Of a stretch of DNA of 38,074 bases, positions 11,308-22,341 are shown piece after piece. The notes beneath the pieces are model-generated. The model did no database searches. It was given only the letters and a program-made list of their open reading frames with translations, and had not been told where the DNA came from. The first letter of the stretch is position 1. Every line of letters begins with the position of its first letter. The DNA comes from Octopus bimaculoides (taxonomy: Eukaryota). The DNA lies in the NCBI RefSeq assembly GCF_001194135.2, contig NC_068990.1, forward strand, positions 12,431,026 through 12,469,099, in the 5' to 3' direction. A program made the position numbers and the translations under genes.

Positions 11308-11842
11308 TCAATTAGAGGTTATGTTAACCTCATAAAGGGATGGTTTCATCCAAGGAAATACTGGTCCAGTACGTAGTATTTTGGGGGAATTCATTTCCTT
11401 AAAATAATAGGTATACATGAAAACACATAGTTTATATTCATATAAAAGAATAAAAAGAAAATGGAGATTGGGAAGTTAATAATTGTTTATTATTAACAGC
11501 AAATTGTTCATCATCTCTTACAGCTGTTTCAATTAATACTCACTAAATATTAATTAAATATTAAATTCATATGACCTGTGTATAATATCTACAGGGGGAA
11601 AAAAATATACCCTTGAATGTTTTATATGTGTTTATGGATTCATTATAGCAAAATGCTATAATATAAAATATCCAAGGGTATATTTTTTCCCTCTGAAGAT
11701 ATCATGCCCAGGTCATATAAATTTAATATTTAATTAATATTTACTGAGTATTAACCGAAACAACTGTAAGGGATGATGATTAATTTGCTATTAATAATAA
11801 AGAATTATTAACTTGCCAATCTCCATTTTCTTTTTCTTCAGT
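11304..11842 (-). mobile_element. Older Penelope-like fold-back element with degenerate hammerhead remnants, (TA)n on both sides
   Basis: Arms 11446-11627 and 11661-11839 are imperfect reverse complements; each keeps GAAAC-A(G/A)CT-GTAAG (11517-11530 minus, 11757-11770 plus) as in 23838-24671; unpaired extension 11304-11445. Confidence 0.6.
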
Positions 11843-11878
11843 TATATATATATCATCATATATATATTTATATATATA

Positions 11879-12321
11879 CTCTTTTACTCTTTTACTTGTT
11901 TCAATCATTTGACTGTGACCATGCTGGAGCACCGCCTTTAGTCGAGCAAATCGACCCCAGGACTTATTTTTTGGAAGCCTAGTACTTATTCTATCGGTCT
12001 CTTTTGCCGAACTGCTACGTTATGGGGACCTAAACACACCAGCATCGGTTGTCAAGCGATGTTGGGGGGACAAACACAGACACACAAACACACACACATA
12101 TTTATATATATATATATATAGATACATATATACGACGGGCTTCTTTCAGTTTCCGTCTACCAGATCCACTCACAAGGCTTTGGTCGGCCCAAGGCTATAG
12201 CAGAAGACACTTGCCCAAGGCTATAGCAGAAGACACTTGCCCAAGGTGCCACGCAGTGGGAATGAACCCGGAACCATGTGGTTGGTAAGCAAGCTACTTA
12301 CCACACAGCCACTCCTGCGCC
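11879..12321 (-). mobile_element. SINE family A, full length, young, with internal 26-bp tandem duplication
   Basis: Complete head-to-tail match to family A with CpGs retained; CCCAAGGCTATAGCAGAAGACACTTG at 12188-12213 and 12214-12239. Confidence 0.93.
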
Positions 12322-12724
12322 TATATATATATATATAATATTTCGGACTAATGGTTATATGTCAATTACTGCGTTGAAAAATACCATTGGCACAGTTTGG
12401 GCTACCTGGTGTCAGCCACAGTATATTACAATTGGATCTACTTCAAAAACTCTGCAGTGTTAGTTGAGATAATAAAAATAATTTTCTAAGTAAGCAGAAG
12501 ATGGATTTGGTATTGGTCTTTATTTTACACAATGGCTGAACATCTTCATCCAGGATTGGGAAATAGTTTTTTTGCTGCACTCAATCACTGTTTCCCTAAA
12601 AAAAGCACATACATCCAGCTGTTCAACTAGCAGACTGTAAAACTGTCGTATGCTAACTCATCGGATATGCAGCACCACATTCATAGAATTAACAACCAAA
12701 AACTAAGGCAACACACAGGCAGCA

Positions 12725-13081
12725 CATTGGCCTTCAAGAATTGATGGAGACAGACTACAACCTCCTTGATTATTATGTGTGGAGCACAGTTAAGTGACAG
12801 ACCAATAAAATACCTTGTAACACCAAAGAAGAAATGAAGGCAAGGATTATGGCAGCATTCACCAACTTAAACAAGGAGACTCTTCAGAAGAGTTGCAGGA
12901 GATTCCAAAGTCGTCTGGAGGTCGTGGTTGAAGCCAATGGCGATTTTATTGAATAAGTTTACTCTTTAGTATTTCAAGATATGTTTATGTAATTTTGATA
13001 AATATATCTGTTAAAATGAAATGTCAGTTTTATTTTCATTTTTGCATAATTTCGATGACAGTTTATTCACAGCACCCTGTA
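12725..13081 (+). mobile_element. 5'-truncated Tc1/mariner DNA transposon ending in right TIR CACCCTG plus TA
   Basis: Transposase remnant followed by ...TTTATTCACAGCACCCTG|TA (13079|13080-13081); no left TIR found nearby. Confidence 0.75.
12753..12956 (+). pseudogene. Mariner/maT (DD37D-like) transposase C-terminal remnant with in-frame stop
   Basis: DYNLLDYYVWSTVK*QTNKIPCNTKEEMKARIMAAFTNLNKETLQKSCRRFQSRLEVVVEANGDFIE* fits the SPD(L/C)NPLDY..W...RL..VV.A.G..FE C-terminus of IS630-Tc1-mariner transposases. Confidence 0.85.
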
Positions 13082-13309
13082 TATTTACTTATATATAAGG
13101 CAGACTCTCCTGTTGTAAATGACTGATGAAGGCTCCACACCTTCATGTCTTTACTTTGATTAATAAGTTGAGCACTGGTTTGTAACAAGGAGTGATTTTA
13201 TAGTGTTGAGTAGCAACCTTGAGTAGGTTTCTGCTTTTTTATTGTGGGAAGCAAGCCCTACCTAGCTACATGCTATATATATAATCTATTTATCTACATG
13301 TATGGAGCT

Positions 13310-13377
<68 letters not shown>

Positions 13378-14785
13378 TACACACATATACACAGACACAT
13401 CAATAACGAGAAATTTGATTATTTTAGTGAATCACCTCGAATTCTTGATTATTTTTGAAAATAAATGGAGACACAGGCAGAGGATCGTATTTAAAGATAT
13501 AATTAAGGAAGGGAGTTAATCACTCAACAAGTTCATTATAATCACAGAAGGGAGTTAATTGCTTAACACGTCCTCTGTAAATGCTTGATTTTAATTTTAA
13601 TGTATTTAGAATGAATAAACAAATGAATAAATAATAAATTAATTAATACTTTACTTCTTCTGTACAATTTTTTAAAAAATGATTGTTTATTTCTATTTCA
13701 AAAAATTTTTAAAGATACAAAATAGAAACAACACAAAAGAAAGTCACTAGATTTAATTTTGCCAATTTTACAAAGCGCGTGCATAACTTCAACATCAGCC
13801 TTGGAATCTTGGAATTTTCAACCAATTATTTAGAAAACGCTATTCGATTCATAGACCTCCTGCTTCCATTGCTCTCTGTTTCTTGTTCATAGGTGTCAGA
13901 ACTGTAAAAGTTGTTGCTCCTTTTTGTTTTTTCATTATGTTTTTTTCTTCCAATTAATTTATTTATTCATTTAAAAAATTTTTTTTTTCAATGGTAGAGT
14001 GAAATAATGTGATGGAAAGTATTTATCATTAGTGGAAATCATTTTATTGTTTTGTGGGAGTGGAGAGAGAGAAAGCGAAAAAAAATATTAAATTTAAAAA
14101 TTTAAAATAAAAATATTTAAGAAACGTGTCAATAATAATGTGTGTATGTATGCAAAAAAAATCTATATCAATGATTATATGTGTATAAATGTGTGCATGT
14201 ATGTGAGAGAGAGACAGACAGACAGATAGACAGAGAGAGTGTGTGTGTACGTGTGTTTGTGTGTATGTATGCCTGTGTGGGAGTGTGCATATATGTCTGT
14301 TCATGTCTGGAAGAATTTGTTTGCTTTGCTTCTTCTCATTTTTGTCCTTTTATTTTCCTTCAAACTTAATTCAATGAAAATTCAAATGAGAAAATAAGAA
14401 AATGAAAAAAAAAAGAAAAAAGAAAACAATAATAACTAGTAAAACCAGTAGCAACAGCTACAGCCAAGTTAACTCAAGATGGCAGTATTTGTAATAGTGA
14501 GGTTTAACGGAGTCTTAACAGTTGTTTCTCTTATTTTTTTTGTTTTTTATTCTGGCAAGTGTGAAAGTCAGTTAATCAAACTCAATATTTCTTTGGTACA
14601 TGTAGCCTCATATAACACTGATTCAATTATCACTGATCTGAGATAACATAGTATGCTTAATTGTGAACCACGTTATGCTTATCAAGAACTGATCTGCGAT
14701 AGCATGGGTCTGCAATCAGAGAAGGATTTTATTTGTATCACAAAAGTGTGACCCACTGACCACACATTTGTCATACAAAAGTGCT

Positions 14786-14903
14786 CATGGTCCTAGGTTC
14801 AGTCCCACTGCATGGTACTTTGGGCAAGTGTCTTCTACTATAGCTTCAGGCCAACCAAAGCTTTGTGAGTGGATTTGGTAGATGGAAACTGAAAGAAGCC
14901 CTC

Positions 14904-14941
<38 letters not shown>

Positions 14942-15170
14942 GTATATATCTATGTGTATGTGTCTTTGTGTCTGTGCTTGTCCCCCCACCACTACTTGTC
15001 AACCGGTGTTGGTGTGTTTACATCCCCATAACTTGGTGATTCGGCAAAAGAGACTGATAGAATAAATATCAGGCTTTAAAAAATAGGTCCTGGGGTTGAT
15101 TTGTTCGACTGAAAACCTTCAAGGTGGTGCCCCAGCATGGCCACGGTCAAAAGTGACTGAAATAAGTAAA
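14786..15170 (+). mobile_element. SINE family A, slightly 5'-truncated, internal (TA)n
   Basis: CATGGTCCTAGGTTCAGTCCCACTG...TTTGGGCAAGTGTC...GGTGGTGCCCCAGCATGGCC. Confidence 0.88.
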
Positions 15171-15992
15171 TGATACAAGAGAAAAAAATCAATCCAGATT
15201 ACTGAGTATTGCTTGTGTTTACATGACCATATAGTGAGGTAGCTTGTTTTTTATATAGATTTATATGTTTGTTGCTTTGAGTTGGACCTTGTACCTTCGA
15301 AGAGGGCAACCGCGTGGTTTTATTTTCCTGAAGTGAGCTCACTGGATAAGACTTGGCATGGGAATCATGAGTCTGCCTTTCTTGTTACATGTCCTGACCA
15401 TCAAAGACAGAGTTTCATGATTTTATTCAGTGATCTCGCTTCAGGAAATATACAACAGGGTTAGAGTTAGTCGAAGATACAAAGACCAGAACAAAGCAAC
15501 ACTTTAAGCCAATGGAACTGAGCCTAAGTCATTTGAAACACAAGCCTGAGACCATATCAAAGGAACCAAAAACCTCAAAGCCACCAGAAGAGTAAAGGAA
15601 GAAATCAAATGACAGGAGAGAAAGGCTTCACAAAATCAACCTCATCCTCAACCAACATTGCCAACCGATCACTTGCTGGTCTAACAACTTTGCTGATAAA
15701 CCACTTAAAATTCTGAAAATAACCAAGTTTTTATGTCTATCAATGTGATTCCCAAATGATGAATGGGAGATGTTTAGTTCACTGTGAAAATATTAAAACT
15801 CTATTTTCGTAATATAAACTCTGTGCAACGTTTGGCTAAAAATTCTGTTGTACAGTCAAGCCTGCTTGTACATACATGTAGATGTGTGTGTGTGGGGGGG
15901 GGAGTGAATGTGAGTGTGTGTGTTTGCATAAAGCTACACATCACTATCATTGTCATTATTGTCTTAATGTTTACTTTGCCATGCTCTCCTCT

Positions 15993-16260
15993 AAAAGAAG
16001 CCCGTCACATATATGAATATATGTGTGTTTGTGTGTGTGTGTGTGTGTGTGCGTGTGTGTGTGTTTGTGTGTTTGTGTGTGTGTGTGTGCGTGTGTGTGT
16101 GTGTGTGCGTTTGTGTGTGTGTGTGTGTGTGTGTGTAAGTCTTTGTATCTGTGCTTGTCCCCTACCACTGCTCGACAACCAGTGTTGTTGTATTTATGTC
16201 CTTGTTGTAAACTTGGCAGTTCAGCAAAAGATACCAATAGAATAAGTACCAGACTTTAAA
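15993..16260 (+). mobile_element. SINE family A central and 3' part with long internal (TG)n
   Basis: AAAGAAGCCCGTC-(TG)n-CTCGACAACCAGTGTTG...GATACCAATAGAATAAGTACCAG; explains ORFs 15784..16245, 15971..16237, 16023..16259. Confidence 0.8.
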
Positions 16261-16287
16261 ATACAAAAAAAAACAAAAAAATACTAA

Positions 16288-16686
16288 GCGCAGGAGTGGC
16301 TGTGTAGTAAGAAGCTTGCTTCCCAACTACATGGTTTTGGGTTCAGTCCCACTGTGTGGCACTTGGGCAAGTGTTTTCCACTATAGCCCCGAGCCAACCA
16401 AAGCCTTGTGAGTGGATTTGGTAGATGGAAAACTGGAAGAAGCCCATCATGTGTGTGTGTGTGTGAATGTTTGTATGTATTTGTGTGTATGTGTTTGTCC
16501 CCCACCATCACTTGACAACTAATGTTGGTGTGTTTACGTCCCTGTAACTTAGCAGTTTGGCAAAAGGGACCGATAGAAATAAGTACTAGGCTTACAAAGA
16601 ATAAATCCTGGGGTCGATTTATCCAGCTAAAGCGGGTGCTCCACCATGGCCGCAGTCAAATGACTGAAACAAGTAAAAGGTAAAAG
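16288..16686 (+). mobile_element. SINE family A, full length
   Basis: GCGCAGGAGTGGCTGTGTAGTAAG head through CGCAGTCAAATGACTGAAACAAGTAAAAG tail. Confidence 0.92.
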
Positions 16687-17374
16687 ACATGTCTATGCCT
16701 GCTTACAACAACAAGAACTTAAAACAACTAGCGAAATCATGGAGCACATTATCAAGCCACTCAATTGTGGGTAACAGCTATGGAATATATAAGTGAAATT
16801 TTATATTCTTGGTAAATGTCTGATTGCTATTGAATGGTGGTAAGCCATACTTCAGCTAAACTGGTGGAACCTCTATAGTAGAGGTTTTCCAAAGCTTTTC
16901 TTTTCCAGTTAACTCCTGGCAACCATTTTGAAAGTAAATTTTCCTCCTCTCTGTTTTGTTCAATAAATTGAGTTTAGACTTTTACCATAATAAAACAACT
17001 GACAAATAGAAATTTAAAATACTGTTTCTAAACATTATTAAGTTCAACTAACGATAACAATAAAAAATAGTATATAACAATGTTATTTCTCTTATTCACT
17101 TATTTATGAACTAATGGGGAACAGATAGCAGAACAAAACAGTCTGCTGAATTAGACTACTCCATTAGCAATAAAATAAATAGATAAATAAATAAATAAAT
17201 AAATAAATAAAAATTGAAGTCAACAATAGAGATCATTAAATCCAAAGTGATTAGACAGAAAAAAATTGCTAAGTTTTTCACCTACTTCAAATTTTCTTCT
17301 CAGTGTTAAATTTAAAAAAAATTTTATAATTGCTAAAGATAAAATATGTACAAATTCATAATCAGTACATTTAC

Positions 17375-17407
17375 TTCCTAGATAGGCAAAATTTGCCTAT
17401 CTAGGAA
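17375..17407. repeat. 33-bp near-perfect palindrome (16-bp arms, 1-nt spacer)
   Basis: TTCCTAGATAGGCAAA-A-TTTGCCTATCTAGGAA. Confidence 0.95.
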
Positions 17408-17691
17408 TTCTCTCCAATGTGGCGTGAATTGACCTCATATTTGGGTACCCTGAGCTATACAGTTTTAAAATTGCACCACTCCAACTTAAAAAGGAAACAA
17501 GTTGTGTAACCAAGTTACAACTTCAAAAAATGAAAAGAATATCTTTACTCGTATGTCTAGGGCTTATGATTAACAAACTTCAAACATCTCACTCCAATTT
17601 ATTTGTTTTAAATAAAGAAACAAAACAAAAAAAAATCAAACGTCCTTCCCGAGTCATTGCTCATAAGGATAGGATGCTAGTCATATCACAG

Positions 17692-18057
17692 AGTTACTCA
17701 CTTTTCCCAGTTGTATGGACTGGAGTAACTTGAAATGAAGTGTTTTGCTCAAGAACACAATGTATCATGCAGTTCAGGAATTGAAACCAAAATCTTATGA
17801 ATCATACAGGGTGTCCACGAGGTCTGGGTACATGGAGTAAATAAAATCATAACATAAATAATTAAATATAAGAAATAATAATTTCTTAAAGTATGTGTTA
17901 ATTCCCATGTGGGTACATGGAGTAAATAAAATCATAACATAAACAATTAAATATAAGAAATAATAATTTCTTAAAGTATGTGTTAATCCCCATGTACCCA
18001 GACTTTGTGGACACCCTGTAAATGCAACACACTAATCACTAGGCCATGTGCCTCCAC
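17692..18057 (-). mobile_element. SINE family C2, interrupted by a MITE
   Basis: Minus strand GTGGAGGCACATGGCCTAGTGATTAG...[MITE]...GGTTTCAATTCCTG...GTGTTCTTGAGCAAAACAC, similar to 19854-20179. Confidence 0.7.
17807..18018. mobile_element. Tc1/mariner-type MITE: 29-bp TIRs, TA target duplication, internal 85-bp tandem duplication
   Basis: TA|CAGGGTGTCCACGAGGTCTGGGTACATGG ... CCATGTACCCAGACTTTGTGGACACCCTG|TA (27/29 match); units 17826-17910 and 17911-17995. Confidence 0.92.
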
Positions 18058-19003
18058 AATAGTAGTAAACAGATTTAATAAAGATAAACTGGAATATTAG
18101 TTATTTGGGTTTTTTAAAATGTCATTATGAAGCATACATCTGCCTGGCCAAGGGTTCAAATTTGGTCATATTTAATAATAGAATTTATTATTTAAACCAA
18201 AGTTAGACCTGGTCGAACAAATCTATGATAAAAATGTTCGAGTTGTAACTATCCTCTGTGTTTTTTATCTATCTTATTATTGTTACATGGTCTACATTGT
18301 TCAGTGTATCCTTTCTTTAAGATAAAACATTTAGCTACTACTTTTACCTGGTCAAGTTATCACATAGAGGCTGTCTTGTTGATGTGGCATTTAATAGTTT
18401 GTCAGGTAAAAACCCAACCAGAGACTCTGATTTTCATATCCAAAGTGAATGTCTTCAGTGAGGTCTCGGTGACCTAATGGGTTACAGAATAATTAATTTT
18501 GAAAATATAAATTAACTTTCTGTTATAATTAACAATACAAACAAGTTAGCTGCTTTTTCACCTTTTATTTTTGATAATGAGTTGGACTGCTTAGATTCTG
18601 ATTACTTTCATTTTCAACAAATTCTGCAGTAGTTAACATTTTAATGAAAATATTTGCTTTTTATGTTTTTAAATATTTGCAATTTGTAGTTGTAGCTTTT
18701 TCTCCAGGGTATTAGCCTGAGCAAAGATATAAAGAAATTGGGTTGTCCAAAAATAAGAAGCACCCTGTAAATTTTACTAGTAATATTCAAATGAAAAGTA
18801 GTACATTACAATAGGTTGCTATTATAGTTGACTCTTTTGGGCATCAGCCAGAGTATACATACATACATACATACATGCATACATATATATAAAGATAAAC
18901 TTACTTGGAAATGGATGCGTGGTGTTCAATAATATAATAATATAATATATATATATATATAGCATATATACATACATATATGTACATACTTACATATACA
19001 TAC

Positions 19004-19035
<32 letters not shown>

Positions 19036-19036
19036 A

Positions 19037-19317
19037 CAAGACGTCACAAAATGCCGGTGGCATGTAAAAAGCACTATCTGAGTGTGGTCATTGCCAGTGT
19101 CGCATGACTGGCCCTCATGCCAGTGACACATAAGGAGCACCCGCTATACTCTCAGAGTGGTTGGCATTAGGAAGGGCATCCAGCTGTAGAAACCTTGCCA
19201 GACCAGATTGGAGACTGGTGTAGCCTTCTGGCTTGCCAGTCCTCAGTCAAACCGCTCAACCCATGCCAGTATGGAAAGCAGACGTTAAACGATGAGGATG
19301 ATGGCGATGATGATGAT
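19037..19317 (+). mobile_element. SINE family D, 5'-truncated, (GAT)n tail
   Basis: GTGGTTGGCATTAGGAAGGGCATCCAGCTGTAGAAACC...GACGTTAAACGATGAGGATGATG. Confidence 0.85.
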
Positions 19318-19336
19318 ATACACACACACATGATGA

Positions 19337-19486
19337 ACTTCTTTCTGTTTCCATCTACCAAGTCTACACACAAAGCTTTGGTCAGCCAGGGGCTATAGAA
19401 AAAGACACTTGGCTAGGTGCTACACTGTGGGAGTGAACCTAGAAACATGTGGTTGGAAGCAAACGTCTTACCACACGACCACACCT
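19337..19486 (-). mobile_element. SINE family A 5' half, diverged
   Basis: CAAAGCTTTGGTCAGCC...GACACTTGGC...CATGTGGTTGGAAGC...TTACCACAC. Confidence 0.75.
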
Positions 19487-19837
19487 AAGTTCTGTTACTG
19501 AGGTGATGTAATTAGTGCTGGCAGTGGGGTTAAAGGTATCATAGTAACTAGGATTTGAAAATAGATTTAAAATCAAAAGAACTATTATTCTTGCTGGAAA
19601 TGTCATTTCCTTTCGCTAAATATAAAAAGAAATCTGGTTAGATGAATATGAGAGAATTCTGTTGGTAACAAGATAAGGAAAATGAATCCTGGGTATGTGA
19701 TTATTAATACAGACCCAATGAAGTAAGGCTTATTGGATGTTCAATGTCTGGTTCCAAGAAAGATTGACTGCATTCTGTGGAAGCAATGCAGCTGGTATGA
19801 ATAGATGATGTCAATAGATATTATATTCTGTGTTTAA

Positions 19838-20392
19838 CCCTTTAGCATTTAAACCAAAGGCACGTGGCTTAGTGGTTAGGGTTTTCGGCTCACAATCATA
19901 AGGTCGTGAGTTCGAATCCCAGCGACACTTTGTGTCCTTTAGCAAGACATTTTATTTCATGTTGTTCCAGTCCACTCAACTGACAAAAATGAGTAGTACC
20001 TGTATTTCAAAGGGCCAACCTCATCACATTCTATCACGCTAAATTTCCCTGAGAACTACATTAAGTGCATATGTGTCTGTGAAGTACTCAGTCACTTGCA
20101 CGTTACTTTCATGAGCAGGTTGTTTCATTGAATTGGATCAACTGAAAGCCTCATCATTGTAAATGATGGAGTGCCAGTTATTTAAATCGACCATATCTGG
20201 CTCGAATATTCTATCTGCTTTATTCAGACCAGTCAGTCCTGGCCTCTCATACCTACCTTACAATATCATTCTGGAAATAAACAATCATATTATAAAAATT
20301 ATACAGCCATAAGATAATGCATGATTAATTCAAAGCAATATGAAAAAATGAACATTTTTTTTCTTTGATAAAGTAATCGGAATGGTAAAGGT
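19838..20392. mobile_element. piggyBac-type MITE with nested SINE
   Basis: Left end TTAA|CCCTTTAGCATT; decayed right end AATGGTAAAGGT|GTAA (expected AATGCTAAAGGG|TTAA). Confidence 0.65.
19854..20179 (+). mobile_element. SINE family C2 (tRNA head, CORE-like block, family C 3' tail), 7-bp TSD
   Basis: A box TGGCTTAGTGG, B box GTTCGAATC, tail aligns with 29560-29700; ATTTAAA at 19847-19853 and 20180-20186. Confidence 0.8.
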
Positions 20393-20444
20393 GTAAAAGA
20401 TGACCAAATTTTGGTGTTGGAAAACAGGCACCTAAAAACCTTAC

Positions 20445-20570
20445 CACATTGTTTCAGGTTCAGTTTCACTGATTTGCATCTTGGGTACGTGTCTACTTAT
20501 ATAGGCTTAGCTGACCAAATATTGGTGAATGGATATGGTAGAGGGAAACTGAAAGAAGCTTATCATATAT
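20445..20570 (+). mobile_element. Degenerate SINE family A 5' half
   Basis: CAGGTTCAGTTTCACTG...CTTGGGTACGTGTC...GAAACTGAAAGAAGC. Confidence 0.65.
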
Positions 20571-20611
20571 ATATATATAAATAAATGTGTGTGTGTGTTT
20601 GTGTGTATTTG

Positions 20612-20890
20612 TGTCACATCATGTGACAGTTGCAAGTGGGTGTTACTGTCATACAAACAGTTTTATTCACTTTCAGTACGGTTTGAAAACATGTCTGGCC
20701 ATGGGGAAATATTACTGGGTGGTGAAACAGGTGAGGAGTAGTGGTGACAGGAAGAGCATCCAACCTTAGAAAAATCTCTCTCTCTCAAAAAAAAAAAAAC
20801 TATACCCAACCCACGAAAGCATGGAAAAGTGTACATTAAAACGATGATGATGATGGTGATGATGATGATGACAATGATGATGATGATGAC
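20612..20890 (+). mobile_element. SINE family D2 with (GAT)n tail
   Basis: AAACATGTCTGGCCATGGGGAAATATTA...GAAGAGCATCCAACC...CATTAAAACGATGATGATG. Confidence 0.75.
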
Positions 20891-21639
20891 AACGACATAA
20901 CCACCAGGCATCACTAATGAGTTGATATAAAAATCAAGATGCCTGTAAAGATGATTTAGTGCATTTCCATCAAACTATGCAAATATGGAGAAAGATGGAT
21001 GCTGAAACAATGATGATTATGATAATTGTGATGATTAGGACAATAAATATATGAACAACACAAGATATGGACTGGTTTGAAGAATCTCTCTTTTTTCTTT
21101 TTTTCTTTCATAACTGGAAAGTAATAGTTCAGTGTTTAATGTGTCATAGACTGCTTGAAAAACATTTCATTAGTAACTTCTCATCATCACCATAAGTGCC
21201 TCAGTGAGAGATGTAATGTTGCTAACATAAAATTAGAGGCTGCCATATTTCATAAATGTAAATTCAAAAGCAGCTGCTCTTTAATATTTTATAACTTTTT
21301 CTGTAACAAGACTTGCTTCAGAAACTGGGTAAACTGTATTAATAGTTTTTATATGTTCACTAGGTTATCAGTTTTGGTATATATAAACAGACTACATTTA
21401 AATGTCTACAGCCAACGGTTATATATCTTTCTTGTGTCACAAACAATTAAATATTCCAGTTTTGTTTCTATTTTGGTACCATATAATATCCCATTGAGCT
21501 TTCATTTTCTTTTCTTATTGTCTAACAATGCTCTATAAGTTTTTAAAGTTAATTAAATCAAAAATATAACACTTTTTGATTTGCTTCTATGGCTTGTTGC
21601 ACCTAACAATGAACTGGTATGATAAAAGGAGTATGGTTT

Positions 21640-22023
21640 GTTGTTGTTGTTGTTGTTGGCACTCCGTCACTTACGACGTCGAGGATTCCAGTTGATCCAA
21701 TCAATGGAACAGCCTGCTCGTGAAATTAACGTGCAAGTGGCTGAGCACTTCACAGACACATGTACCCTTAACGTAGTTCTCGGGGATATTTAGTGTGACA
21801 GTGTGACAAGGCTGGCCCTTTGAAATACAGGTACAACAGAAACAGGAAGTAAGAGTGAGAGAAAGAGTACAGTAGGGTTCGCCACCATCCCCTGCCAGAG
21901 CCTTATGGACCTTTAGGTGTTTTTTTGCTCAATAAACACTCACAACACCCGGTCTGGGAATCGAAACCGCGATCCTCTGACCGCGAGTCCACTGTCCTAA
22001 CCACTGGGCCATTGCGCCTCCAC
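21640..22023 (-). mobile_element. SINE family C, full length, (CAA)n tail, 10-bp TSD with one mismatch
   Basis: Reverse complement of 29322-29717; flanks AGTATGGTTT (21630-21639) and AGTCTGGTTT (22024-22033). Confidence 0.92.
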
Positions 22024-22146
22024 AGTCTGGTTTACCAGCATGAAAAAAACAAATATGAGTTTAACAGAGGATCAATGCATTAGTTTGCAACATTGACAAA
22101 TAAGATAGGGTAGAGCTCTCATCAACACACACACACATATATATAT

Positions 22147-22341
22147 GTGTGTCTTTGTGTTCCCCTGCCACCATTTGATAACTGATGCTGGTTTGTTTAT
22201 CTCCCCGTAACTTAGTGCTTCAGCTAAAAGAGACCAGTAGATTATGATCCAGGCTTAAATATATGTAATAGAGTTGATTTCTTCAATTAAATTTTTCATG
22301 TTGCTGGAGCAGCATTGCCACACTCTAGTGACTGAAATAAT
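22147..22341 (+). mobile_element. Degenerate SINE family A 3' half
   Basis: CCATTTGATAACTGATGCTGG...CCCCGTAACTTAG...AAAAGAGACC...GTGACTGAAATAA. Confidence 0.65.

Noticed and set aside
13143-13169. CTGATGA followed by a hairpin, a possible hammerhead
   Set aside because: There is no GAAA after the stem (it reads CATG), and the CTGATGA itself pairs within the hairpin.
19857-19930. tRNA-like sequence with a perfect B box (also 29325-29395 and 21955-22023)
   Set aside because: It continues directly into SINE body and tail with TSDs and has no convincing acceptor stem, so it is a SINE head rather than a tRNA gene.
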